In this document: piece after piece, positions 29,334 to 38,768 of the stretch
Layout: each line of letters starts with the position of its first letter
Position numbering within the stretch: position 1 is the stretch's first letter
NCBI GenBank assembly: GCA_023228145.1
Contig: JALOBU010000006.1
Span: 12,398 to 76,397 of the forward strand
DNA from: Bacteroidales bacterium
Lineage (GTDB): Bacteria > Bacteroidota > Bacteroidia > Bacteroidales > CAIWKO01
Direction: 5' to 3'
Length of the DNA stretch: 64,000 bases
Made by a program: the position numbers and the translations under genes
The notes under the pieces: model-generated
What the model was told of the DNA's origin: nothing
Databases searched by the model: none
The model's input: the letters and a program-made list of their open reading frames with translations, nothing else

Positions 29334-31046
29334 CTAATGCATCACCATTATTTTTCTTGTTTCTTTAAAGTTGCCCGAACGTATGGATAAAAAGTATGTA
29401 CCGGCTTGTAATTCGGTTACATCCAGCCGCAGCATACGCTCATTAAGGTTTTTTTCATCTACCGCCATCACTTCTTTGCCTAAAATATCATACAAACGTA
29501 TCTGCGCAGAAGAATTTTTGGCTTGGCACATTTGTATGTAAATGTAATCCACAGCGGGATTGGGAAAAACGATGGCTTTGGTAATTTCTTTTTCTTCCAC
29601 CACGGTGGTTGTTCCGAACAAATAAAACTTATGCGGGTCGGGTTCTCCTATCAGCGGGTGTGTTTCGTTGCGCGGCGACTGGTCGGAGGCGTGGATATAA
29701 TAGGCTATGGTGTCGCCGTTTTGCTGCTGAGGAATTTCGGCTGTCCAACTGTTGCCCGAAGTGTTGGTCATGTTTATTTTTATCCAGGAGCTCCAGAAAC
29801 CGTGAAAAACTCTGTACTTTACATATACTGAATCGGGGATAATGTTGCTACCGCTTAAAGCGAATATTTCGGTATTTATGACATGTGCCTGTAGAGGCTT
29901 TTGGCCCAGCAATGGATAATGCTTTATGTACAACATGCCTTTATCTGCTATCTCGTGGGTGCGACAGTGCAGGGCATCGGTGGATTGCCAAGATGCAGTT
30001 GAAGCTAAGAAGCCTAAGACTTCATAGCCTGGCATGGCATTTTGGTAAACTTCTAATGCAGAATTATCGTATGTTGTGTTAGAACCACCTTTTATAGGCA
30101 CTAATACTTTCTTGTTTAAAATCAAAGAGTTTGTATAAGGTTGACCACTCGGCTCATAAACCCTGTAAACCTTATATTTGTTTCCAAAAGAAGAAGTTTC
30201 GTTTGCCCAGTAAGCCGCCATGGCTTCGTAATCGCTATAATGAGAATTGCTTGTAGGTACAGATGCAATCAATATTTTATCCACATCCAGAAACTTACCC
30301 CAGCAGTCTATATGTTTTATATAATCAGCCAAAGGGTCTGCAGTGATATAGTTCCTTTTAATACCCATATATTGACTAAACATTGTGTCAATCTGGGCAT
30401 GATTAAGAGTTTGATTTTCTTCTTCAACTAAATCAGTCATAGCTGCTACTTCAATTCCGTCACACATATAATTACCACCGGTGTGAAAGATGTTCATGCC
30501 GTACAAAGGCATTCCTATATATGTTGCTATAGCTCTTGGAATGGTGTCATCTGTTGGGCGATCTCTGTTGTAAGGGAAATCTATTATGGCAACAGTATTA
30601 TCATTTGTCATTATAAACCATGGACCGTAATCTCTTGTCCAATACGAGTTAAGAGGTCTAATCAAAAACTGACAGTTAGCTAGGTTTACTCCGTTTGAAT
30701 TATAATTATTTGTTACGGTGGTTTGTTGAAATGAAGAAGTAACAACGGTAATAACTTTGCAATCTTGAGACATTTCTTCGATTAGCGAATATGGGATGCC
30801 GAAATTGCCTGGGTAACTCACCAACACTGCCTGTGCGGGTTCCCATTCGGCTATGGGGCGTACCGTGCCGGTGGGCGGAGGTGTTTGGGTAAAGGCCTTG
30901 TTGTCTTTCAGCGGTGCATACAGCTCAGCCGAGTCGAGCATGTGGTATTTTGCCTGAAATTCATAAGGTACATTGCCAACATGTTGTGCGTAAGTATAAA
31001 GTGTAAAACAAAAATAACAGGATAAAATGGTAATAATACGTTGCAT
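29334..31046 (-). CDS. Secreted Porphyromonas-type peptidyl-arginine/agmatine deiminase family protein with T9SS CTD
   Basis: 571 aa counted from MQRIITILSCYF, which is the signal peptide. Guanidino-modifying motifs are WTRDYGPWF, HIDCWGKFL and the nucleophile context DALHCRTHE. The C-terminal CTD is VFPNPAVDYIYIQ...YFLSIRSGNFKETRKIMVMH. Confidence 0.75.
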   Translation of the reverse strand: MQRIITILSCYFCFTLYTYAQHVGNVPYEFQAKYHMLDSAELYAPLKDNKAFTQTPPPTGTVRPIAEWEPAQAVLVSYPGNFGIPYSLIEEMSQDCKVITVVTSSFQQTTVTNNYNSNGVNLANCQFLIRPLNSYWTRDYGPWFIMTNDNTVAIIDFPYNRDRPTDDTIPRAIATYIGMPLYGMNIFHTGGNYMCDGIEVAAMTDLVEEENQTLNHAQIDTMFSQYMGIKRNYITADPLADYIKHIDCWGKFLDVDKILIASVPTSNSHYSDYEAMAAYWANETSSFGNKYKVYRVYEPSGQPYTNSLILNKKVLVPIKGGSNTTYDNSALEVYQNAMPGYEVLGFLASTASWQSTDALHCRTHEIADKGMLYIKHYPLLGQKPLQAHVINTEIFALSGSNIIPDSVYVKYRVFHGFWSSWIKINMTNTSGNSWTAEIPQQQNGDTIAYYIHASDQSPRNETHPLIGEPDPHKFYLFGTTTVVEEKEITKAIVFPNPAVDYIYIQMCQAKNSSAQIRLYDILGKEVMAVDEKNLNERMLRLDVTELQAGTYFLSIRSGNFKETRKIMVMH

Positions 31047-31060
31047 ACTTATGTTTTTTA

Positions 31061-31068
31061 CAAATATA
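31061..31068 (-). promoter_or_regulatory. -7 promoter box (TATATTTG on minus strand) for the deiminase gene
   Basis: Plus-strand caaatata, 15 nt upstream of the ATG at 31046. It lies inside the longer ORF, which supports the shorter start. Confidence 0.55.
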
Positions 31069-31153
31069 AAAAAATATTTTTTTACTGTTTTACGCTGTGA
31101 TGTTTTTAACTTTATATTAAGAAACTGCTTTTTGATATTAAAACAAATAGGAT

Positions 31154-31161
31154 TAGTTTTG
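31154..31161 (+). promoter_or_regulatory. -7 promoter box (TAGTTTTG) for the membrane protein / radical SAM pair
   Basis: Perfect TAnnTTTG 33 nt upstream of the ATG at 31194. Confidence 0.5.
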
Positions 31162-31193
31162 TAGATTTTACTATACATATAACGTAATCTTAA

Positions 31194-32393
31194 ATGAAAA
31201 ATCTTGTTGCACTGGGTTACAAAAAAAGGAAGTTAATACTGGCGCTTATCGCTCTAGCGATAATCCTGCGTTTCATCTTTCTGAACCTATACAACTGGCA
31301 ACATGGCAATACCGGCTACAGCGGGGTGCAATACCTTGTGGATTCATTTCGTTACATAGAAGGCGCCGAAGCATTGTTGGACGGCGGAAGCCTTGATTAT
31401 AAACAGCAGCAGTTTGCAGGTTACATTGCCCTGATAGTTTTTGCAAAAATAACAGGTGCAGGGGTTTATATCGTGGTATGGTTGCAAATTCTTATGGCTC
31501 TTTTGTCCGCATATTTTCTTTATAAACTTGTGTTATCGTTTAGCGGAAGCCGTTTTGCCGGATTTACAGCTTCGGGTTTTTACCTTGCAAATCCTTTCAT
31601 CACGCAGTGGCATCTGTACATTATGACAGAATCGTTATACACGTCCATGTTGATAATTACGGTTTTTCTGCTTTACAAAGCTCTGGAGAAAAAGACCATT
31701 CGGACATATATTTCCGCCATAATTTCCCTGCTCATCATCCTTTCCATCAGGCCAAATGCATGGGTGTTGCTACCGCTGACCCTGACTTTTGGCATCCATG
31801 CATATTTAAAAAGGGCGTGGATTAAATCGCTCGTATCCATGTTTGTGACAACCTTGTTTGTTGTTATTGTTACACACCTCCCTTTTACAAATAAAGCCAT
31901 AGAAAACATAGGCACGGAACATATCCGCATGAACCAGGTGTTTCTGAACGGCGAAGTGATACCCAACTGTCCTGAGCTAAGAGTAAATATGCCGGTAGAT
32001 AATGCTTTGGCAGGAGATAACTGGAAAAAAAGTTATCTTTATATTTTACAAAACCCTTTGCCCTGCATCAAACTTGCAATTAAAAGGGTTGTTACCGAAC
32101 TTCTTCAGATAAACCGTTCATGGCTTAGCGTAAAGTATAAACTGAGGTTGTACCTATGGCTTTTCCCGGCTTACATTTTTGCATTAATTGGAGGATGGTA
32201 CTTCAGAAAAAACAAAGCCGTAAAAATAATTTTTTGGGTAGTAATTATGCACCTTATGATAATTGCTCTTACCTTTGCCGACTATGAAGGGCGTTTTCTG
32301 AATTATTTTTTGCCATTAATATATGCCTGCACTGGTTGTGGTGTAGCCATAGTCATAAATAAAATCCTGAAGAAACAACAAAGTACCGGATAA
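31194..32393 (+). CDS. Polytopic membrane protein, GT-C-like (ArnT/PMT-like) topology, function unknown
   Basis: 399 aa with about 9-10 hydrophobic helices and a long loop after the first helix. The family assignment is tentative. Confidence 0.5.
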   Translation: MKNLVALGYKKRKLILALIALAIILRFIFLNLYNWQHGNTGYSGVQYLVDSFRYIEGAEALLDGGSLDYKQQQFAGYIALIVFAKITGAGVYIVVWLQILMALLSAYFLYKLVLSFSGSRFAGFTASGFYLANPFITQWHLYIMTESLYTSMLIITVFLLYKALEKKTIRTYISAIISLLIILSIRPNAWVLLPLTLTFGIHAYLKRAWIKSLVSMFVTTLFVVIVTHLPFTNKAIENIGTEHIRMNQVFLNGEVIPNCPELRVNMPVDNALAGDNWKKSYLYILQNPLPCIKLAIKRVVTELLQINRSWLSVKYKLRLYLWLFPAYIFALIGGWYFRKNKAVKIIFWVVIMHLMIIALTFADYEGRFLNYFLPLIYACTGCGVAIVINKILKKQQSTG

Positions 32394-32420
32394 AATACAG
32401 AGGCTGAAAAGCTGCGAACT

Positions 32421-34349
32421 ATGAAAATATTATTGATAAGCCCGGGCACTCCCGACGAAATTGACAACAAAATTATCAGGCAGATACCTTACCTTTTTGC
32501 CAAAGCCAACAATGCACCTCATGCGGTAGCCACCATAGCCGCCCTCACACCACCTGAGCATGAAGTTAGCATACGGGATGAATACATGCATGGCCCTGTT
32601 GAAGAGTTTCTGCCAGGTAAAAGTTACGACATCATAGGTATATCTGTTACTTCCAACCAACTAAAACGCAGCCTGCAGATTGCAGCTGCATGTAAAAAAT
32701 ACTGCCCTTCAGCCATCGTGGTGGCAGGAGGTATCGGTGTGGAAACGCTGATTTATAAAAACAAAGAACATATTGATGTGGTGTTTCACGGAGAAGCGGA
32801 AGACACCTGGCCACGCTTTCTGAATGATGTCAAAAATCGTAATTATCAGAATGTTTACAGGAGCATCATAAAACCCGACCTTACAAAATCACCGCCGCCG
32901 CGATGGGAACTATTGGGCAAAGACATAATATCATACAACAATGTATTACTGCAAACTACAAGAGGATGCCCCTTCGACTGCAGTTTCTGCGATGTGATAT
33001 ACACATATGGCCGCAAACCCCGCAGCAAAACAATCCCTCAGGTGCTCGAAGAAATAAAAAGGTTGCAGAAACTGGGAGTGGACATCATTTTTATTGCCGA
33101 CGACAATTTTGCCGGTGACCGTATATATGTGAAAAAACTGCTGAGGCAGATGATAGCGCTGAATAAAACATTTAAAATCCCTGTGGGATTCTTTACTCAG
33201 ATTGATATCACCATCGCCGGCGATGAAGAACTGCTGAAGCTGTTGGCCGACGCCAACTTCATGGTGCTGATGATAGGCATAGAATCGGTGAATATTGAGT
33301 CGCTGAAAGATATGAACAAAAAACAAAACCTTGTTCTCCAGCTCGATGACGCGGTGTGCAAGATACAGTCCTATGGGATGGTGATACTTGCACACATGAT
33401 TATTGGCGCCGATTCTGATAACAAAGATATTTTCCGGCTGACGGCTGAGTTTATTCAGCGTAACAATATTGTTTTTCATATTTGTCATCCACTGGCGGCA
33501 CCCCCGGGCACAAAAATGTGGTATGAATACAAAAGACAGGGGAGGCTGGTAACTACCGAACATCAGGATGCCAGCGACAAACTTGATATTATCACAAACA
33601 TTATCCCGAAACAAATGTCGCGCATAGAGCTTCTGGAAGGCCTGGCAGCGTATTGGGATGATATTTACAAACCGGAGAAGTTTCGGGAAAGAGCTATTGG
33701 CTTCCTGAAGGGCATCACCTACAAACCCGCAGTAAGAACCTCAGGACTCAGGCTGATGTGGCATATGCGCAAAATGGTTGCTGGAGTTTTTGTTTACTTT
33801 TTCTTCAGGGCAGAAAAGATGCACCGCAAAACTTTCATAAAAATTGTCTCTCATTTTAAGACAAGGTTGCCCCGGATGATGGAAAAAATTATATTTACAT
33901 ACACCATTTATCTGATTGATTCCAAGCGCTCGGCTTATGATGCAGCAGTAGCAAGGGAAATGGCTGCCTGGGAAAGGGAAAATCCAAGTATGGTAACAAA
34001 AGATACCTGCAGCATTCCCGTTCCGGATAATATCAGGAAGCACGCAGCTTCGCTGATTGATGAAATTTACAAGTCTCTGCGGCAACATACTGCAGATAAA
34101 GAAACCATATACCATGCTGCTGTGGATGTGCTGATGGATTTTAGCGACCGTTTCGGCAATAATTTTGTGGAGCTGGATGAGTTTTACAGGGAACAGCTGA
34201 AAATTGGCTGCGAAAGCATGGCCGAAAAGATAAAACTCTCTGACAGAGTTTCAGGGGTTTCCCTGCCGGAAAAGCAACCCACGGGTTTTTCCCGCGAAAT
34301 TATGGATGCCCTTGATAATGCGGTAAGGTATCGGAATATTTACGGATAA
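32421..34349 (+). CDS. B12-binding domain-containing radical SAM protein
   Basis: 642 aa. There is an N-terminal Rossmann-like B12-binding region, the radical SAM cluster motif RGCPFDCSFCDV (CxxxCxxC), and a long helical C-terminal extension. Confidence 0.85.
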   Translation: MKILLISPGTPDEIDNKIIRQIPYLFAKANNAPHAVATIAALTPPEHEVSIRDEYMHGPVEEFLPGKSYDIIGISVTSNQLKRSLQIAAACKKYCPSAIVVAGGIGVETLIYKNKEHIDVVFHGEAEDTWPRFLNDVKNRNYQNVYRSIIKPDLTKSPPPRWELLGKDIISYNNVLLQTTRGCPFDCSFCDVIYTYGRKPRSKTIPQVLEEIKRLQKLGVDIIFIADDNFAGDRIYVKKLLRQMIALNKTFKIPVGFFTQIDITIAGDEELLKLLADANFMVLMIGIESVNIESLKDMNKKQNLVLQLDDAVCKIQSYGMVILAHMIIGADSDNKDIFRLTAEFIQRNNIVFHICHPLAAPPGTKMWYEYKRQGRLVTTEHQDASDKLDIITNIIPKQMSRIELLEGLAAYWDDIYKPEKFRERAIGFLKGITYKPAVRTSGLRLMWHMRKMVAGVFVYFFFRAEKMHRKTFIKIVSHFKTRLPRMMEKIIFTYTIYLIDSKRSAYDAAVAREMAAWERENPSMVTKDTCSIPVPDNIRKHAASLIDEIYKSLRQHTADKETIYHAAVDVLMDFSDRFGNNFVELDEFYREQLKIGCESMAEKIKLSDRVSGVSLPEKQPTGFSREIMDALDNAVRYRNIYG

Positions 34350-34392
34350 TATTTACATGCAACAGGCTTACACGCCTAAAGATGTAGCGGAA

Positions 34393-35100
34393 TCAATTGT
34401 TTTTAGGGGTTTTTGTTTCCCCGGGAGGCGTTTTCTGAGTTTTCCTTTTAATAGTACTTGTCTTTTTGCTAACGGTTTGTGACTTTTTCTTAGCTGCTAA
34501 TTCTACTTCTTCCTGGGTCAGCCCTTTGATAAATTTTTTTGTTTCAACAACAGAGCCGTCTCCGGCATAGGTAATCCAGTCGCCGTCTCTGAGTCCGTCT
34601 TTATATTCTCCCTGTAATTTCAACTTGCCTTTAGAATTGTAATATTTCCAAAACCCCTCTCTCTTTCCCTTATTATAAAAGCCTTCACTTTTGGTTTCGT
34701 TGTTTACAGGGTAATAGGTAATCCATTTGCCGTTTTTTTTACCGTTCTCATAGAAACCTTCGCTTATCAGCAGGCCGCTATAGGAATATCGCCTGTATTC
34801 CCCGTCACGCTTTCCGTTGAAGTAATTAGATTCTTCAATGACAGTTCCCGTGGATGTTGAGCGTCGGGTACAGGACCCGTGTTTTACGTTGTTTTGAAAA
34901 GTAACTTCCATAAATAATATTCCGTCACGAGTGAAATATTTCCACAAGCCCTGTTTATGTCCCAGACTGTCAATTTTATTTCTGTGTTTCTCAGAAATTC
35001 TGGAATACTGTGGACGTATTAATATCTCTTCCTGCGCCATAAGGAGAAGCGGAGAAAATAAAAAAATCAGGATAAGAAATTTAGAAATAAAATGTTTCAA
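34393..35100 (-). CDS. MORN-repeat (YwqK-like) protein with Lys/Thr-rich tail
   Basis: 235 aa with a signal peptide. Repeated YxNGKxxGxW units are present, and the C-terminal tail is basic (KKKSQTVSKKTSTIKRKTQKTPPGETKTPKNN). Confidence 0.7.
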   Translation of the reverse strand: MKHFISKFLILIFLFSPLLLMAQEEILIRPQYSRISEKHRNKIDSLGHKQGLWKYFTRDGILFMEVTFQNNVKHGSCTRRSTSTGTVIEESNYFNGKRDGEYRRYSYSGLLISEGFYENGKKNGKWITYYPVNNETKSEGFYNKGKREGFWKYYNSKGKLKLQGEYKDGLRDGDWITYAGDGSVVETKKFIKGLTQEEVELAAKKKSQTVSKKTSTIKRKTQKTPPGETKTPKNN

Positions 35101-35120
35101 TTCCCTTATTTATTTCATTT

Positions 35121-35128
35121 CAAAAATA
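35121..35128 (-). promoter_or_regulatory. -7 promoter box (TATTTTTG on minus strand)
   Basis: Plus-strand caaaaata, 21 nt upstream of the ATG at 35100. Confidence 0.5.
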
Positions 35129-35332
35129 ATAAAAAAAATTATTAGCCTTATAAATAAGTTTAATACGAAATTATTAACATAAAGGTTTGTTTTTTTAAGA
35201 ATAAAATATGTCAGGTCAATATGTAGAGCTTGGAGGGGTTGAAATGAATAGAGTAAGTTGTTTATAATTGAATTAAGGTTCGGTTCCTATGGAGTAACAG
35301 CTTGCTTGTTTTACTCATCTTATAAATATCCG

Positions 35333-35366
35333 ACACTTCCGGCACCGAATTGCCGTGTATTTTTTT
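35333..35366 (+). terminator. Orphan intrinsic terminator-like hairpin on the plus strand
   Basis: Stem cggca / loop ccgaat / stem tgccg, with a short outer extension, followed by aTTTTTTT. No plus-strand CDS lies upstream of it. Confidence 0.35.
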
Positions 35367-35507
35367 GTTGTATTGACTTCGTAAAAGTCAGATATTTATA
35401 AAAGCAAAACAAATAATACTTTACCCGACTATAGCGTTGTCGCATATATTCACTGAGTCAGTGTCCGAAATTATGCCGGTATTTTTGGTAATTGAAAAGA
35501 TTGAACG

Positions 35508-36068
35508 CTATTTTTTTAAAGGGTATTTTTTGTCAAGATATATCCAGAACAAAGGCTTGTATCCTTTTAACTCTCCATCTTCAGAATATTGTGCAACAGC
35601 AGGGGCTATTCCCACTACTTTCTTTTCCATCAAAAAGTTCTTTTCATCAAAATACCATTCTTCAAGAAATGTAAGCCTGTGAATGTCTTTTCGCTCCAGT
35701 TTTACGTTTATGATGGTGTCTTTTTCATCGTAGGGAGGCACAGAAGAAGGCATCAGGAGAGTATCTGACCTGCTGAAAATATGGCCAATATGTTTTTTAC
35801 TTAATTCTGAGTTATCAATGTAATCGTAAGCTTTAACCTTCCCTTCGGCAACGGCATCAAGCAGGAGATTGACGAATTTTTCTCTTTTCGGGCCTTCGAG
35901 GTTTTCTTTCCACCAGTCGGTTTCTTCTTCATAAGGGCATTTTATAAATACGGGGTATTGTATTCGTTCAGTTAGTATTGTTTTATTGTCATGGGAATTG
36001 TTATTGTTACATGAAACAATAAAAAACAATATTCCCAAAAGGGGTAATAAAAAATAAATACGTTTCAT
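35508..36068 (-). CDS. Hypothetical lipoprotein
   Basis: 186 aa with the lipobox-like signal LLGILFFIVSCNNN. I recognise no family motif. Confidence 0.55.
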   Translation of the reverse strand: MKRIYFLLPLLGILFFIVSCNNNNSHDNKTILTERIQYPVFIKCPYEEETDWWKENLEGPKREKFVNLLLDAVAEGKVKAYDYIDNSELSKKHIGHIFSRSDTLLMPSSVPPYDEKDTIINVKLERKDIHRLTFLEEWYFDEKNFLMEKKVVGIAPAVAQYSEDGELKGYKPLFWIYLDKKYPLKK

Positions 36069-36079
36069 GTCGAGAGTAA

Positions 36080-37855
36080 TTATTGGTTATTTTCAAACAT
36101 TTTGTCAATGATGTTTTGATACTTCTTAACAATATATTCACGTTTTATTTTCAGAGTGGGTGTCAGTTCTCCTGAAAAAACCGACCATTCAGAATCCATT
36201 ATTTCCCAACGTTTGATTTGCTCGGTGTCTCCGAAAAAGGAGTTGTAAAAACTCACTTCTTTTGCAAATTTCTTTTTTACATCGGGATGGTTTATCATTT
36301 CTGTGTTGGTGGTATAAACAATGTTTTTGTTTTCACACCAGGATTTCAGGTCATTAAAGTCAGGAACCAAAAGTGCCGCGGCAAATTTTTGGTTTTCACC
36401 CAGTACAATCAAAGTATCAATCATAGGGGATTCTTTGAATTTATCTTCAATCTGTCCCGGGTTGATATATTTCCCAAAAGATGTTTTAAATATTTCTTTT
36501 TTCCTGCCGGTAATGCGCAGCTGTCCTTTTTCTTCAATTTGTCCCAGGTCACCGGTATGAAACCATCCATCAGTATCAATAACTTCTTTTGTATATACTT
36601 CATCTTTATAGTAGCCTTTCATTAATCCCGGGCCTTTGCATAATATTTCTCCGTCTTCAGCAATTTCTACCTGCACGCCTCTCAGGGGTTTTCCTACCGT
36701 GCCGAATTTTACGCCATCTTTATCCACAAAGCTGTTCACAGCGATGACCGGAGAGGTTTCTGTTAACCCGTAACCTTCGAGAACGGGAATCCGCGCAGCC
36801 CAGAAAATTCTGGCAAGCCTTGCCTGTAAAGCTGCCGCCCCGGAAACAACCAACTTAATATTTCCGCCGAATACAGCCCTCCATTTGCTGAAGATAAGGA
36901 CATTGGCAACTTTCAGTTTTAATTTATACCAGAAGCTATGGCAGGTTTCGAGTTCATATTTTGAGCCAACTTCCAGAGCCCAGAAGAATAATCTCTTTTT
37001 AACAGGGGAAAGCTTTCGCCCCGCTTTTACAATCCTGTCATAAATTTTTTCAAGCAGGCGGGGAACGCATGAAATAATGGCCGGTTTCACTTCTTTCATA
37101 TTGTCTGCTATCGTCCCCAGGTTTTCGGCATAATAAATTGAAACTCCAAGATATTGGTAGAGGTAATTCAGCATACGTTCATAAACATGGCATAACGGCA
37201 GGAAACTGAGGGCATTGTCGGTAGGCCCAATAGGAGGAATATATGAAACAGCAATAAAATTACTGATAATGTTTGCGTGCGACAGCATCACACCCTTGGG
37301 GACACCGGTGGTGCCGGAAGTGTAAATTATTGTAGCGATATCATCCGTTTTAATAGAATCTTTTATTTCTGTTACCGTTTCTTTTGCTGGATTTTGCCAA
37401 CCCAAACGAATCAACTCATTCAGATGTTTGCATCCGTGCAGGTTTTTAAAAGTATAAATTTCTTTTAGAGACGGTACTTCTGAAGCGATGCTTTCAATTT
37501 TTTTGAAGAGGTCTTCTCCGGCAACAAATACATATTTTACTTCAGCATGGTTTAGTATGTATTTATAATCAGACTCAGTGATGTTCGGGTATATCGGGAC
37601 ATGTATAGCTCCACAAAGCATGATGCCCATGTCAAGAAAATTCCATTCGGGCCTGTTGAAAGTGATGGTGGCAATCTTGTCACCTTTTTTAACTCCAAGA
37701 TTAATAAATCCGTAAGCTATGTAATTGGATATTTCTATGTACGACTTAGTACTGTATTTTATCCATTCACCATCTTCTTTTCCAGCCAGAGCATCATCTT
37801 TGGGAAATTTTTGGGCATATGTTTCAAGCAAATCAAAAATACGTGTTATTTCCAT
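36080..37855 (-). CDS. Long-chain fatty acid-CoA ligase (AMP-binding enzyme)
   Basis: 591 aa. It has the AMP-binding signature IIYTSGTTGVPKGVMLSH, GYGLTETS and WFHTGDLG. Confidence 0.88.
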   Translation of the reverse strand: MEITRIFDLLETYAQKFPKDDALAGKEDGEWIKYSTKSYIEISNYIAYGFINLGVKKGDKIATITFNRPEWNFLDMGIMLCGAIHVPIYPNITESDYKYILNHAEVKYVFVAGEDLFKKIESIASEVPSLKEIYTFKNLHGCKHLNELIRLGWQNPAKETVTEIKDSIKTDDIATIIYTSGTTGVPKGVMLSHANIISNFIAVSYIPPIGPTDNALSFLPLCHVYERMLNYLYQYLGVSIYYAENLGTIADNMKEVKPAIISCVPRLLEKIYDRIVKAGRKLSPVKKRLFFWALEVGSKYELETCHSFWYKLKLKVANVLIFSKWRAVFGGNIKLVVSGAAALQARLARIFWAARIPVLEGYGLTETSPVIAVNSFVDKDGVKFGTVGKPLRGVQVEIAEDGEILCKGPGLMKGYYKDEVYTKEVIDTDGWFHTGDLGQIEEKGQLRITGRKKEIFKTSFGKYINPGQIEDKFKESPMIDTLIVLGENQKFAAALLVPDFNDLKSWCENKNIVYTTNTEMINHPDVKKKFAKEVSFYNSFFGDTEQIKRWEIMDSEWSVFSGELTPTLKIKREYIVKKYQNIIDKMFENNQ

Positions 37856-37969
37856 AAACTTAAGATTTTATTTAGTTTTCATTTTAGTTATGTGTCTGAT
37901 TTTAAATCAGTTTGATAAAAAAAGAAAACAAAGTTAATTAAATTTATATTTCCTTAATAATTTTTTTAG

Positions 37970-37981
37970 GTTTGTTAACAA
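37970..37981. promoter_or_regulatory. 12-bp perfect palindrome TTTGTTAACAAA (second copy of the 10148-10161 core)
   Basis: Read directly. It lies in the intergenic region about 115 nt upstream of the acyl-CoA ligase ATG, and a TTAATTAA lies about 30 bp away (37934-37941). Confidence 0.25.
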
Positions 37982-38000
37982 AACAATATTTTCTGCATAT

Positions 38001-38768
38001 TTATTTTTTTAACAAATGTGTAGTGTTTGCCTGAGATGTTGGCATAATGAGCAGGTCGTTCACATTGACGTGTGCTGGCAGGGATGCTACAAAATACACA
38101 GCACCTGCAATATCGTCTCCTGTCAATGGTGTAAATCCCTCATATGCTTTTTTTGCTTTCACTTTATCTCCTTTAAATCTGACTTCGGAGAACTCTGTTT
38201 GTGCTGCACCCGGGGCAATCTGACTCACTTTGATATTATGTTCCAGTAAGTCTATCCTCATGGACTTAGTGAGAGAATCAACAGCTGCCTTGGTAGCACA
38301 GTAAACATTTCCATTAAGATAACTTTCTTTACCGGCAATGGAACCAATGTTGATGATGTGGCCTTTTTTTCGATGTATCATTCCCGGAATGATGCAACGG
38401 CTGACGTAGAGTAACCCTTTTATATTAGTATCTATCATTTGTGTCCAGTCGTCAATTTTGCCTTCGTTTATAGGCTCAAGGCCTGCGGCGAGCCCAGCAT
38501 TGTTGATGAGAATGTCAATACTTTTCCATTGTGCAGGTATTTTTTTAATGGCCAGAGCCACCTCATCATAGTTTCTGACATCAAAATTTAATACCAAAAC
38601 TTCAGCATCGTATTTTTTCTTTAATGAAGCGGCCAGCGATTTTAACAACTCCAGCCTTCTGCCTGTAACTATGACTTTAAAATTATTTTGTGCGAAAATA
38701 GTGGCGCATGCTTTGCCGATGCCTGAACTGGCGCCTGTAACTATTACAGTTTTTTTCTTAGTTGCCAT
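38001..38768 (-). CDS. SDR family NAD(P)-dependent oxidoreductase
   Basis: 255 aa. The cofactor motif TGASSGIGKA, NNAG and the catalytic YCATKAA are present. Confidence 0.88.
   Translation of the reverse strand: MATKKKTVIVTGASSGIGKACATIFAQNNFKVIVTGRRLELLKSLAASLKKKYDAEVLVLNFDVRNYDEVALAIKKIPAQWKSIDILINNAGLAAGLEPINEGKIDDWTQMIDTNIKGLLYVSRCIIPGMIHRKKGHIINIGSIAGKESYLNGNVYCATKAAVDSLTKSMRIDLLEHNIKVSQIAPGAAQTEFSEVRFKGDKVKAKKAYEGFTPLTGDDIAGAVYFVASLPAHVNVNDLLIMPTSQANTTHLLKK

Noticed and set aside
29334-34349. GC-rich block (deiminase, membrane protein, radical SAM) as a horizontally acquired island
   Set aside because: Hand counts give 45-55% GC here, but purL and parts of clpX reach similar values. 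GC varies gene by gene across the window. No tRNA, integrase or direct repeats flank the block.
35208-35267. 19-codon ORF (MSGQYVELGGVEMNRVSCL) upstream of the orphan terminator as a leader or micro-peptide
   Set aside because: It has no downstream gene to regulate on that strand, no recognisable peptide class and no supporting promoter. It is kept only as part of the small RNA candidate region.
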